Of a DNA stretch of 64,000 nucleotides, positions 24,530-45,649 are shown piece after piece (the stretch's first letter is position 1; every line of letters starts with the position of its first letter). The position numbers and the translations under genes are program-made. The notes under the pieces were generated by a model. It was not told where the DNA came from, did no database searches, and saw only the letters and a program-made list of their open reading frames with translations. Source of the stretch: Mobula birostris. Its lineage: Eukaryota. Where the stretch lies: assembly GCF_030028105.1 (NCBI RefSeq), contig NC_092386.1:42462347-42526346 (forward strand). The letters are read 5' to 3'.

Positions 24530-26880
24530 TCATAGAAACCATAGAAAAACTACAGCACAGAACCAGGCCTTTTGGCCCTTCTTGGCTGTGCCGAACCATT
24601 TTCTGCCTAGTCCCACTGACCTGCACACGGACCATATCCCTCCATACACCTCTCATCCATATATCTGTCCAATTCATTCTTAAACGTTAAAAAAGAACCC
24701 GCATTTACCACCTCGCCTGGCAGCTCATTCCACACTCCCATCACCCTCTGTGTGAAGAAGCCCCCCTAATGTTCCCTTTAAACTTTTCCCCCTTCACCCT
24801 TAACCCATGTCCTCTGGTTTTTTTTTTCTCCCCTTGCCTCAGTGGAAAAAGTCTGCTTGCATTCACTGTATCTATACCCATCATAATTTTATATACCTCT
24901 ATCAAATCTCCCCTCATTTTTCTACGCTCCAGGGAATAAAGTACTAACCTATCCAACCTTTCTCTGTAACTCACTTTCTCAAGTCCCGGCAACATCCTTG
25001 TAAACCTTCTCTGCACTCTTTCAACCTTACTTTTTTCCTTCCTGTAATTTGGTGACCAAAACTGAACACAATATTCCAGATTCGGCCTCACCAATGCCTT
25101 ATACAACCTCATCATAACATTCCAGCTCTTATACTCAGTACTTTGATTAATAAACGCCAATGTACCAAAAGCTCTCTTTATGACCCTATCTACCTGTGAT
25201 GCTACTTTTAGCGAATGTTGTATCTGTATTCGCAGATCCCTCTGTTCTACTGCACTCCTCAGTGCCTTACCAATTACCCTGTATGTTCAACCTTGGTTTG
25301 TCCTTCCAAAGTGCAATACCTCACACTTGTCTGTATTAAACTCTTTCTTTCTTTTTAAATCTTTTTATTAAATAAGTATACAAAAGGTAAACCATATAAG
25401 CACTAATACACTGTTAGAAATTACAGGAGATATTAATACAGAAAAAAATTGATACAAACAGTGCAGTTTAAATATAAAATAAGGTAAAATAATAGTATAC
25501 TAATTATATATATATATATATATATATATCAATAGAGAAAAGGGAAAAAAAAAACCCAAAAAAACCCCACCGTGCAACTAAACTAAAGGCAAAGCAAAGC
25601 AATGGGCTAACTTGGAAACAGGTAGAGTTAAAAAACTTAAAATCACGTCCTCAAACCCGACCTCCATTAAAAACAGTTAAAAAAAAAGAAAGAAGAGAAT
25701 ATAAATATGAAACAAAAGAGAAAAAAAATTACATTAAATGAAAATATTGAATAAAAGATCTCCAGGTCTGTTCAAATTTAAATGAGGAATCATAAAGATT
25801 ACTTCTAATTTTCTCCAAATTTAAGCATAATATCGTCTGGGAGAACCAAAAAAAGGTAGTTGGAGCATTAGGCTCTTTCCAATGTTGTAAGATACATCCT
25901 TTCGCCATTAAAGTAAGAAAAGCAATCATTCTACGCGCTGAAGGGGAAAGATTACTGGAAATTTTAGGTAATCCAAAGATAGCAGTAATAGGATGAGGAG
26001 AGATATCTATATTCAATACCTTTGAGATAATATTAGAAGTGTCTCTCCAAAAAGTTTCCAGAGTAGGACAAGACCAAAACATATGAGTTAAGGAAGCTAT
26101 CTGCCCCAGACATCTATCACAAAAAGGATTAATATGAGAATAAAAACGAGCTAATTTATCTCTGGACATATGTGCTCTATGAACAACTTTAAATTGAATT
26201 AGGGAATGTTTAGCACAGATAGAGGAAGTATTGACTAATTGTAAAATCTGCCCCCAGTCATCCACGGAAATAATAGAATCCAATTCTTGTTCCCAATCTG
26301 ACCTAATCTTATCAAGTGGAGCTTTCCTAAGTTTCATAATAATATTATAAATAATAGTCGTTGCACCTTTCTGACATGGATTAAGGTTAATTATAGTATC
26401 TAAAATATATGTAGGAGGAAGCATTGGAAAGGAAGAAAGTATAGTACTTAGGAAATTTCTAACTTGAAGATATCTAAAAAAATGTATTCTTGGTAAATTA
26501 TATTTATTAGATAATTGTTCAAAAGACATAAGGGAACCATCTAAAAATAAATCCAAAAACCGTGAAATACCTGTATTAAACTCCATCTGCCATTTTCCAG
26601 CCCATTTTTCCAGCTGGTCCAAATCCCTCTGCAAGCTTTGAAAACCTTCCTCACTGTCCACTACACCTCCAATCTTTGTATCATCAGCAAATTTGCTGAT
26701 CCAGTTTACCACATTATCATCCAGATCATTGATATAGATGACAAATAACAATGGACCCAGCACTGATCCCTGTGGCACACCACTAGTCACAGGCCTCCAC
26801 TCTGATAAGCAATCCTCTACTAACACTCTTTGGCATCTTCCATTGAGCCAATGTCTAATCCAATTTACCACCTCTCCACT
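24530..26880 (-). mobile_element. CR1 LINE 3' part interrupted by an L1 insertion
   Basis: VTSGVPQGSVLGP..FADDTK (26871 downward) and [13 protein letters not shown] (25160-24741); ctatg-type tail at ~24530. Confidence 0.9.
25344..26570 (-). mobile_element. 5'-truncated young L1 nested in CR1
   Basis: Perfect 13-bp TSD ctgtattaaactc at 25331-25343 and 26571-26583; open ORF2 C-terminus (CDRC..THMFWSC); A-rich tail. Confidence 0.9.
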
Positions 26881-28560
26881 CTCACCAATGGAAACAACTT
26901 TCCTACTTCTATCTTATCTATCCCTTTCAAAATTTTGTATGTTTCTATAAGAGCCCCTCTCATTCGTCTGAATTCCAGAGAGTATAGTACTTCATCCCTG
27001 GAATCAAGCCAGTATATCCTTCCTCAAGTATGGAGACCAGAACTGTACACAGTACTGGAGGTGTGGCCTCACCAGTACCCTGTATAGTTGCAGCATGACC
27101 TCCCTGCTCTTGAATTCAATCCCTCTAGCAATGAAGGCCAACATTCCATTTGCCTTCTTAATAACCTGTTGTACCTGCAAGCCAACTTTTTGTGATTCAT
27201 GAACAAGCACTCCCAAGTCCCTCTGCACAACAGCATGCTGCAATCTTTCACCATTTAAATTATAATCTTCTCTTCCATTCCTTCCAAAGTGGATGATCTT
27301 GCATTTACCAACGTTGTATTCCATCTGTCAGAGCTTGGCCCACTCACTTAACATATCTATATCCCTCTGCAGACTCTCCACATCCTCTGTACAATTTGCT
27401 TTTCCACTCATTTTAGTGTCATCAGCAAATTTTGCTATGCACTCAGTCTCCTCTTCCAAATCATCAATGTAAGTTGTGAACAGCTGTGGGCCCAGCACCG
27501 ACCTCTGCGGCACCCCACTCACCACTGACTGCCAATTGTAGAAACATCCATTTACACCAACACTCACAACACGCTGGAGGAACTCAGCAGGTCGGGCAAC
27601 ATCTGTGGAAATGATCAGTCAACGTTTCGGGCCGGAACATTGATCATTTCCATGGATGCTGAGTTCCTCCAGCATGTTGTGAGTGTTGCTTTGACCCCAG
27701 CATCTGCAGAGTATTTTGTGTTTACCCATTTATACCAACTTTCTGCCTTCTATTGGTTAACTATCCATGCCAACACAGTTCCTCTGACTCCATACATCTG
27801 TATTTTATTTATATGTCTCCTGTGCACCTTATCGAATGCCTTCTGGGAATTCAAGTATACGACATCCACCTGTTCCCCTCTATCCACTGCACTCATTATG
27901 TCCTCAAAGAACTCCAGTAAGTTTGTCAAACAGGACCTGCCCTTTCTGAATCACTGCTGTGTCTGTCTAACGGAACCACTCCTTTCTAAATGTTTCGCTA
28001 TTTCTTCCTTAATAACAACTTCAAGCATTTTCCCAACTACAGATGTTAAACTAACAGGCCTATAGTTGCCTGCCTTTTGCCTACATCCTTTTTTAAAAAG
28101 TGGCTTGACATTTACTGTCTTCCAATCCGCCGGGATCTGCCCAGAGTCTAGAGAGTTTTGATAAATGATTACCAATGCATCTACTATAACCTCCGCCAAT
28201 TTCTTCAGCACCCTGGGATGCACCCCATCAGGACCAGTGGATTTATCTACCTTCAGACCCTCTAGTTTGCTCATCACTATCTCTTTAGTGACAGTGAATT
28301 TATCGAGGCCCTCACCTCCCATTTCATCCATAACATCCTTCTTTGGCATATTAGATGTGTCCTCCACTGTGAAGACCGACACAAAACAGTCGTTCAATGC
28401 CTCAGCCATTTCCTTATCACCCAATATCAATCTCCCCTTCTCGTCTTCCAAGGGACCTACGTTGACTTTAGCCACCCTCTTGTGCTTTATATATTTATAA
28501 AAAAACTTTTGCTATCTGGTTTTATATTTTGTGCTAATTTGCTGAACTATTCCAATACCT
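26880..28560 (-). mobile_element. Second CR1 LINE (RT region)
   Basis: GPDGVHPRVLK, NYRPVSLTSV, FADDTK and RPHLQYCVQFW fragments. Confidence 0.88.
27562..27725. mobile_element. Fold-back Penelope-derived mini-element inserted in CR1
   Basis: Inverted arms; flanked by ccatttacaccaac 27548-27561 and ccatttataccaac 27726-27739. Confidence 0.7.
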
Positions 28561-29269
28561 TCTGCTTTTATTTCTGATTTACAACAACCTTTTGCTCCAA
28601 TCATACTTTAGCTTGTTCATCTTTTTTAAAATTTCCATTGTATGGTAGCTTTTGAGATGTGATGCAACCTTACAACCACATGGTGTCATCACCACATTAT
28701 CAAGTTATGTGTTGCTCAAGTTTGTTTATCGTTATCTGTCTGTACCTATATACAGTATAACCAAATGAAACGACATTCCTCCAGATCCACAATACATATA
28801 TCACTTACAGCACAAAAGAAAATATTACCACAAATAAGTAAATAAAATAAAATGCAAAATGCATGCAGTGTACCGCACAGGTAAACAGCAGACAGTAAAC
28901 AATAAATGAAGTGGATACACCAAAGATTAAATAATTTTAAATCAGAGTGTTGTGCCATCCTTGACACTGAGAAAAAAAAACAAACAATTCTAATTGCTTA
29001 AACTGCATTGTCTAAATTACAAGATTGCACTGATATTGGAATATGCAATACGGAATAATAACCAGATACACAAGCTGTTGAATGGTACCCATTTGTCTTG
29101 ATATTTATGGCTCATCTGAAATACTATAAACAGCCATCAGGTTAATTAAATAATCCATGAAAAACAATCAGTGAATCACCTACCAATCTATTGGTATTCT
29201 GACATATTTCCAAAAGTTATTTTTCTCTAAGTGGAATAAAGTCCCTACATTTACAATTAAAAAATAAAC

Positions 29270-30745
29270 AAAAATGTTGGGATATACAGCAGTTCAGGCA
29301 GCATCTGTGGAGGAGGAAAGAATTAATGTTTCAGGGTAAAAATCTTTTATAGGAAACTTAACAAAAGATCATGGATATGTAATGGACTAAGATGTAGCCA
29401 TGTGCATCCACATGAGACCCAATTATGCTAGCCTTTTTGTTGGCTATGTGAAACAGTTCATATTCCAAGCCTTCATTGGTAAAGCTCCCTTACTCTCTCT
29501 GTCCTACTTACTGCATGTTAAGTGTATTGTATGTAGGTTGCTTCATGAACATATGCTAAGCTCGGCAACTACATCATCTTTACCTCCAACTTCCACACTG
29601 CCTTTCAATTCACTTGGTTCATTTCTAATACCTCTCTCCCCTTCCTCAATCTCTGTCTCCAACTTGGGGAGGGGCCCAAACTCTATGAATTTCCTTTATA
29701 AACCTCCCGACTCCCAAAGCTATTTTTTCCCATTGTCTCCTGTAAAAATGCCATTTCTTTTTCTCAGTTCCATTGTCTCTGCAACATCTGTTCCCAAAAT
29801 GAGGCTTTCCTTTTCAGGACAGCAGCAATGTCTCCTTTAAAACTACAGGGTTTCCCTTCCTGCAACATTGATGCTGTCCTCACCCACATATCCATTTTCT
29901 GGACATCTGTCATCACCCCATCTTCTCATCCCCTTAACAGGCATAGAGTTCTTCTTGTCCTCACTTATCAGCCCATGAGCCTAGGCATCCAACACATCAT
30001 CCTCTGCAACTTCTACCATCTTCAATGGGATCCTACCCATGCCCCCGCCCCAACTCTCCAGTTACTTCAGGGATCACTACATCCGTGATTCTATTATCCA
30101 TTTGTTTCTCCTCAATAAAATCCCACCTGGAACTCAAATCCTAAAAGCAGAAGTGCTACATGTGCCCATCCACTTTCTCCCTCACTTCCATTCCAGGCCC
30201 TAGAACAGTCCTCCCAGGGAACCCAACATAAATTGGAGGACTGCTTTGTAGATTACCTTCACTCCATCCACAAGAAGCAGAGCTTCCCATTGGCCAACTA
30301 TTTTAATTCCTATCCCACTCCTGTTCTGACATATTGGTCCATGATCTCCCTATTGATGAGGCCACTCTCAGGTTGGAGGAGCAACACCTCATTTGTCTAG
30401 GTAGTCTCTAACCTGATGGCATGAATATTTCTCTAATATCCAGTAATTTTCACCTCCCCATTCCATACTCTGGCTCCCTTTTTACCACTTCTCTTCTCCT
30501 GACTTCTCACCCTCCTCCTCTTTCTCCCATGGTCCACTCTCCTCTTCTAACAGGTTCTTTCTTCAGCCCTTTATCTTTTCCACTCCCAGCTTCTCTCTTC
30601 ATCCTCTTCCCCCACCCACCCGATTTCACGTATCACATTCTTGCATGTACTTCTCCCCATCCCCTTTCCTTTCCAGTTGACTATTTATTTCTATTGATGC
30701 TGCCTGGTCAGCTTAATTCCTTCAGCATTTTGTATCTTATTCTAA
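29270..30745 (+). mobile_element. Penelope-like retroelement, degenerate
   Basis: PNYASLFVGY and YKP.DS motifs; GIY-YIG-like C-terminal remnant; terminal repeat remnants at both ends in inverted orientation. Confidence 0.75.
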
Positions 30746-31019
30746 TGTTTACACAAACTTTATTTCTAGTTTACCAGTGCATTTTTTTTTTGCTTACCGA
30801 CTTGGGCCTTATGCACAGCCAGTCTTTCACGATCTCCTACGCACTTTACACCCAATGACAATTATCATAAGGACACAAGAAATAGGATCATAGGATTCAG
30901 GACAAATCCAATCCAACTAATTTATCATTGACCCCACTTTCAATCATTAGCAAAGTAGAAATATGTTGAAATAACCTTTTCAGTGATGGCCATTATTGAG
31001 TAAGTATGTTAATGACCTT

Positions 31020-31650
31020 CTCACAGATATCCTTTTTGGGGCTTGACAACAGGAGGAAACCAGAGGTCCATGAGTCAGTCCACATCAGGGACTCAGAGGT
31101 AAAGAGGATCAACAATTTTAAATTCCTTGGCCTGATCATTTCAGAGGATCTGTTCTGGGTCCAGCGTACAAGTACTATTACAAAGAAAGCATGGCAGCAC
31201 CATGTGCAGTCTCAGCATGTCATCTAAAACTGATGAATTTCTATTGATGTGCGGCAGAGAGTATACTAACTGGTTGCATCATGACCTGCTGTGGAAACAG
31301 CCAATGCCACTGAACAGAAAAAAACCCACAAAAAATAGTGGATACTACTAATCCATCACAGTACATTCCTCCCCACCACTGAGCACATCTGTCACAGGTA
31401 AGCAGCATCCATCATCAAGGACCCCAAACATCCAGGCTGTGTTCTCTCCTCACTGCTACCATCAGGAAGGAGGTACAGGAGCCTCAAGACCAGTATTTTA
31501 AAATTTCATTTTCTATTTGCAACTTGCCTTTTACACAATGTTTATTTGGTGTGTGTTCTTTCATGGATTCTATTTTCTTTGTATTTACTGTAAATGCCTG
31601 CCAGAAAATGAACCTCAGGGTTGTATATGGTGATAAATAGGTACTTTGAA
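31020..31650 (+). mobile_element. Rex1/Babar LINE 3' fragment
   Basis: NNFKFLGLIISEDL motif; similar to 5600-6320. Confidence 0.7.
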
Positions 31651-32698
31651 CTTGGCTCCAGACCCCATTCATCAACCCTAATTTTGAGATGAATTCCAAA
31701 ATGAGATGGGAAAATTACCCTAGGCCCAACCATCTTCAGCTGCTTCATTATTTACCACTGGATCAAGTGAGAATGTTTACACGAGTTTAGATTAATACAG
31801 CATAGAGCTCAGGCACAATTCATCCTTGCAATCAGAGGTGCCCAAGTAGGCTGGTCTTATTTGTTTGCCTTGTTTGCCTTGGGTCCATAAACTTCACCCT
31901 GAACCTACTCACTTACACATACTCGTCTCTACTGCTTCCTCTGATAACTTCATACATACACATCACACTTTCCGTATAAAAGCTTTTCCCTATTACCTAA
32001 GGGATAAGGTGTCCCTCCACCTTATCTATTGCCCTTCATGATTGTATGAACCTCTCATCATCCTTCAGCCTTTTCTACTCCATTAAAACCAGTCCCACCC
32101 TATTCGGTCCATCGTAACTGAAGCCCCCCCAGACTTGGTGGCATTCTTTTGAATCTTCTCTACTCTAGCTTTATCACAAGTAGAGTTTTTCAACCAGAAC
32201 TGCATAGTATTCCAAGTATCATCTCACCCACCAATGAATTACATTAATTATGGTAATACTACATACACAAAATGCATTGCACTTGCTTACTCAGGTTGCA
32301 CTGACAAACATCTCAATTTTGTGATCTCTACCACTACAATGGAGCCATTATATAAGACACTCACTTTCAGATTCCTTGGAAATAAGACTGCCATTCCTTT
32401 GGTTTAAATCGACCTTCAGCAGGATTACAGTACATCAAAATGACTCAGCTGCACTTTTTTTTTATTAACAGTTAGATATAAAGTTTTAGCTATAACACCC
32501 CCACCATCTTTATTCTCACCACTGAAGGCGAGTTTATTAAACAGCTGAGTTCTGAATTATCTTCTTCTAAACAAGAGGTAAAATTGACCAGTGCTTTACA
32601 ATTTGATGTGAAAATTGGAAAAGTTAATTCTACCAGGAATTGTTATGAGAATTAGAGCTAAGACAGCTCAGTTGGTGGAACAGAAATAAACAGGGTAA

Positions 32699-33695
32699 GC
32701 AACACACATCAAAGTTGCTGGTGAACACAGCAGGCCAGGTAGTATCTCTAGGAAGAGGTACAGTCAATGCTTTGGGCAGAGACCCTTCATCAGGACTAAC
32801 TGAAAGAAGAGCTAGTAAGAGATTTGGAAGTGGGAGGGGAGATCCAAAATGATAGAAGACAAGAGGGGGAGGGATGGAGCCAAGCACTGGACAGTTGATT
32901 AGCAAAAGGGATATGAGAGGATCATGGGACAGGAGGCCCAGGCAGAAAGAAAAGGGGAAGGGGGGGGGGAAACCCAGAGGATGGGCAAGGGGTATAGTGA
33001 GAGGGACAGAGGGAGAAAAAGGAGGAAAAAAGTGTATATACCATATGGGGTACAAGGGGGAGGTGGGGCATTAGCAGAAGTTTGACAAGTCAATGTTCAT
33101 GCCGTCAGGTTAGAGGCTACCCAGACAGAATATAAGGTGTTGTTCCTCCAATCTGAGTGTGGTTTCATCTTTACAGTAGAGGAGGCCGTGGATAGACATA
33201 TCAGAATGGGAATGGGACGTGGAATTAAAATGTGTGGCCACTGGGAGATCCTGCTTTCTCTGGTAGACAGTGTGTAGGTGTTCAGCAAAACCATCTCCCA
33301 GTCTGCGTCAGGTCTCACCAATATAGACGACCACATCAGGAGCACCAGATGCAGTATATCACCCCAGCCAACTCACAGGTGAAGTGTCACCTCACCTGGA
33401 AGGACTGTCTGATGCCCTGAATGGTGGTAAGGGAAGATGGATAAGGGCATGTGTAGCACTTCTTCCGCTTACAAGGATAAATGCTAGAGGGAGATCGGTG
33501 GACGAATGGACAAGGGAGTCGTGTAGGGAGCAATCATTGTGGAAAGCTGGGGGCGGGGAAGATGTGCTTAGTGGTGGGATCCTGTTGGTGGCAGCAGAAG
33601 TTATGGAGAATATGTTGGACATGGAGGCTGGTGGGGTGGTAGGTGAAGAGAAGAGGATCCCTATTCCTAGTGGGGTAGCGGGAGTACAGGGTAAG
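32699..33695 (-). mobile_element. Penelope-like element 3' part (GIY-YIG endonuclease remnant plus terminal repeat with decayed hammerhead)
   Basis: Decayed endonuclease region; terminal part matches 520-776. Confidence 0.8.
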
Positions 33696-35356
33696 AATTG
33701 AAATAAAGCTGGGACAATGTATCCAGAATAGAGATACACCAGGAATAGAATTTAGTAAAATCAGGAAGCATGGGACTGAAGTAAATAGAATGTGACAATG
33801 AGCACAGCATGCTTACCTACATCTGCAAGGCACTGAGTATAAAAAGTCATATTGCAGCTGTATAAAATTTTGGTCAGGCCACATTGAGTATTGTATGCAG
33901 TTTTAGTTACACAGGTTCTGGAATGTTGAAGGGTGGATAAGTATCATGACACTCTGGTTACTTAAATGGTACATAATTTGGCTTGAGCACAAACTGGCTA
34001 CCTCAGATGGGTCAAACGTCTGGCTTGTACTGTACATTTTTATAGTTCCTATATGCTTGATAGCCATGTGGAGTGGTGATAAAAACACTACCAGTTTAAA
34101 ATTCTCCCGTTCTACTAGATCTAGTTACTGGTAGTGGATGGCAACTGTAAGTTATTAACTGCAACATTACACCCAGGTAGTAATTTGACCTCTAAACTAT
34201 TCAGCCCATTCCCTGTTCATTATGTAGCTTTAGCAATTTACTGGAGATTTAACATTTCCTTTGAAAAACAACTGGGTGTGGGAGGAAGGGTAAAAGAATG
34301 CTCAACTGTTCAAATTAGTCGCGCCTTTGTCACGTATCAAATCTACCAAAAAGACCACTGACCCAACAGGGGAACTCTTAGGTGGTGCTGAAAGGCCAAA
34401 TTTGCATTCAATCAGTGCACATCTCCATAACTGCTTAGACTCTACCTTATGTATTCAGTAATTCTATTCTCTAGTCTATCTTTCCAAATCCATTATGCAA
34501 CAGAGGACATGGTCTTCACAAATGCCCACTTAATTATTACTTTGGATAGCATGCTGGGTGAACAGCTACACTTAACAGACTCTTATTTAAAGATGCAGGC
34601 CTTTCCAGACCAATGAGCTGCACCACCCAGTAACACCAGCCTAATCACAGGACAAATTACAATAACCAATTTACCTACTCTAAGCAGGTCTTTGGACTGT
34701 GAGGAACAAAGCACTTGGGAAAACCCATGCACCCCTGGGGAATATGTTCTTAACAGACAGCACTGGAATTAAACTGCAAACTACAGAATGCCCTGAGCCA
34801 TAATTGTGCTACACTAACCCCATATATGAAGAGGAATTTAACAGTAGCCACTAGTTAGGATAACTTAAATTGCAAACACACTATAGCTTGTGGTGATCGG
34901 CCAATGGAAAATTGTTGACATCTAGGCCATGAATTCTGCAGTAAGAGCTGCAACCCTATCAATCACAACAGGATCTTACCTTTTAATGTAAATAGTTTAG
35001 CTTGCTGCACTGCAACTTCACTGTAGCATTTAATTATAAAACAGATTAGTCCAAGTATGTTAATACTCATATTGAGACATTTTATAAACCATTGGTTATA
35101 GTGATTAAAAGGACCTCAATGGTGACACCAGGTTCTTGAGCAAGCTAGCATAACATTTAATAATGAATCATTAGTGGAAGACAAATCTTGTGAGCAGAAG
35201 CAATTTTATATCATTCCAATTAAAAACAGCTAAACAGAGACAGATGTTTGTCTAGTTTAATTACTAACCAGTCAACTTTTGCTGTCAGTTTCTCATCTGG
35301 CAAAAGTATAAGGAATCTATCCTCAAGCAAAATATACACGAGTTTAGTTTACCTAG

Positions 35357-35362
35357 TTTATT
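35357..35362 (-). terminator. Candidate HNRNPK polyadenylation signal AATAAA
   Basis: tttatt on the plus strand, ~370 nt downstream of the stop codon. Confidence 0.4.
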
Positions 35363-35728
35363 TTAAAAACCATAAAATGTTCCTTACAAAACAAGATTGC
35401 ATTCTGCACATGTACTGAATGGATCTGGCACATTTAAACTACCAGTACTATTGTCCATAAACAGTGTACATCTTATGTTACCATAGATACAGGAAATACA
35501 ATAAACCACTGAAACATTTAGAACAAAACAAAGCCCAGAATCCACTCCACTTTTGGAAAATTCGAACTGTCTAAGCTGTAAGGTTCACTAATTAAAACAT
35601 TACAAATGATCAAAAGCTGAATATAATCATTGCTTCCAGTGTGATCTAAGTAAGCAGAGGAATGTTGGCTCTTCAAACAAAAGCAGTGACAAAAAAAGCA
35701 GCGATCCTTCAATCTTCTCCGCTTTGTT

Positions 35729-43976
<8,248 letters not shown>

Positions 43977-44118
43977 TTTAACTGGCAAGAAATGTGATGA
44001 ATATGCAAGAATGCAGCTAGCCTGTAAGACAAGATGTTTTCCTTCAAGTTATTTTGTAAAACCACAATCCTCATATCAACACCCCTTCACCATTAAGCTT
44101 TAAAATACCACAATTTTA

Positions 44119-44375
44119 TAAAAACTTCATGGATGGTCCCAAGCCCAGCTGTGAAAGGGGAGTTGGGCATGGGACTAGAAATCCCGTACCATAAAAACCC
44201 GCAGGCAAAGAAACGCCAACAGAAGCTTCAAAGACCTTATCTCTGGGAGAGGAAGGATCATCAAAAAGGGGGCTGCATCCAGGGACAATTTGAAAGACTA
44301 GCCCATGATAGACAACTCCAGTGAGCAGCTGTCAGTGGCCTACACCCCAGTGGGGTTGATGGTCTCTACTAAGCA
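44119..44375 (+). mobile_element. Short RTE-derived retroposon with a decayed twister-ribozyme-like 5' end
   Basis: tggtcccaagccca..gaaaggggagttgggc head and ggcctacaccccagtgggg tail, as in RTE-clade ends. Confidence 0.6.
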
Positions 44376-45649
44376 ATCTAAAAACTGCTTTTCCCAAAGT
44401 AGCAAACCCATGGAATTCTATGCCCTGGGAAGCAATAGAGGTATTTAAGATATTTTGCAGAACTGAGGAATTACGGAAAGATTTGTAGCGCCGAATCCAG
44501 TCAAATCAGTCATGACCTTATTGAAAAGAGCAGCAGGCTCAACAGGCCACATGGTCAATTTCCGCTCATTTCTTATGCTTTTTTAAATACATCAAATTGC
44601 TCAAAATTTTAGATTCAATTCAAAGAATGCTACAACCACCATGTGGAAAATAATTCTAAACATGCATTCAGAAAAGATGGCTAAATTCTTGAATTGAATG
44701 TATTAATGCGAAGACAAATCAGCTAACCCGACTACCTAATGTAGTATCTGCTGTTCAAACATACTATTTGTGGAACAGATTAAACACTCAAATAAGTAGC
44801 TGAACATAATAATATCCGCCTGATGCACAAAATAGCTGAGCAGCTTTACCAAGTTCATTTTTTTTTCACTACTGTGAATATTATCCAAAAAGAGAGGGCT
44901 GACAAATTAAAATATGCTCAGAATTACATGTCACTGTTACAAGGGACACTACAAAAATAAATTCACTACCAAATATTGGATACCGAACAATCCATAAAGC
45001 CACTTGGATTATGAGTGTGATTACAATGAATTTTTTAATTTATATGAAATCTAGTTTGCATTAAGGCACCCCCACTGTCATTTTAGTTATTTTCAGCTAA
45101 TTTGCTAATCGGGATGACAAGTAAGGACACTGCTCCACACCAAAAAAAATCTACTTGAGCTGGAAACCTCTCAAACTAATGAAGAAATGCGTCACTATAA
45201 ATTTGAGCACTGCAATCCCATTTAACAATAGGCAATGAAACCAGCGCATGATGCAAGTATATCCTTCCAATGTAAAGGTCGTTTGGGCTCTTTCGTTGAC
45301 GACCTGATAGGACATATTGCCCTAACACTGAGGTTAATCTTTTAGAACAAGGCCGTGGACTAAAGCTTGACATACAGCGTCAATAAGAACATTAGGAGGA
45401 CAGTCACTGACGTCATATGCCCAAATTATTCTCTATATTAGCGCTGTAACATCCATACAACCCTTAATCCTTCCCGAGCTGTCACGCATTTGTTTTAATG
45501 TCTGCACGGAATCCACTAGTGATATGAAACTTCTGCTAATGTACATAGGCCATCAATACGTTACTATTGCAATACCAAGGTAGAAAATGAAGATTAAAAA
45601 GACTACGGGATGCTTTGATATACTGCATGTTGAAATTTCCGAAAATCTG

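Noticed and set aside
25505-25530. (TA)n microsatellite
   Set aside because: Ordinary simple repeat in an L1 3' UTR
520-32940. Inverted Penelope repeat pair as the cause of the QNG1 inversion
   Set aside because: The copies look young and the family is abundant; inverting this interval would also displace the divergent gene's first exon
44850-44898. Candidate HNRNPK first coding exon (..NELG|)
   Set aside because: In-frame TGA just upstream; the true METDQQ exon is at 43976-43928. It could still be a UTR exon
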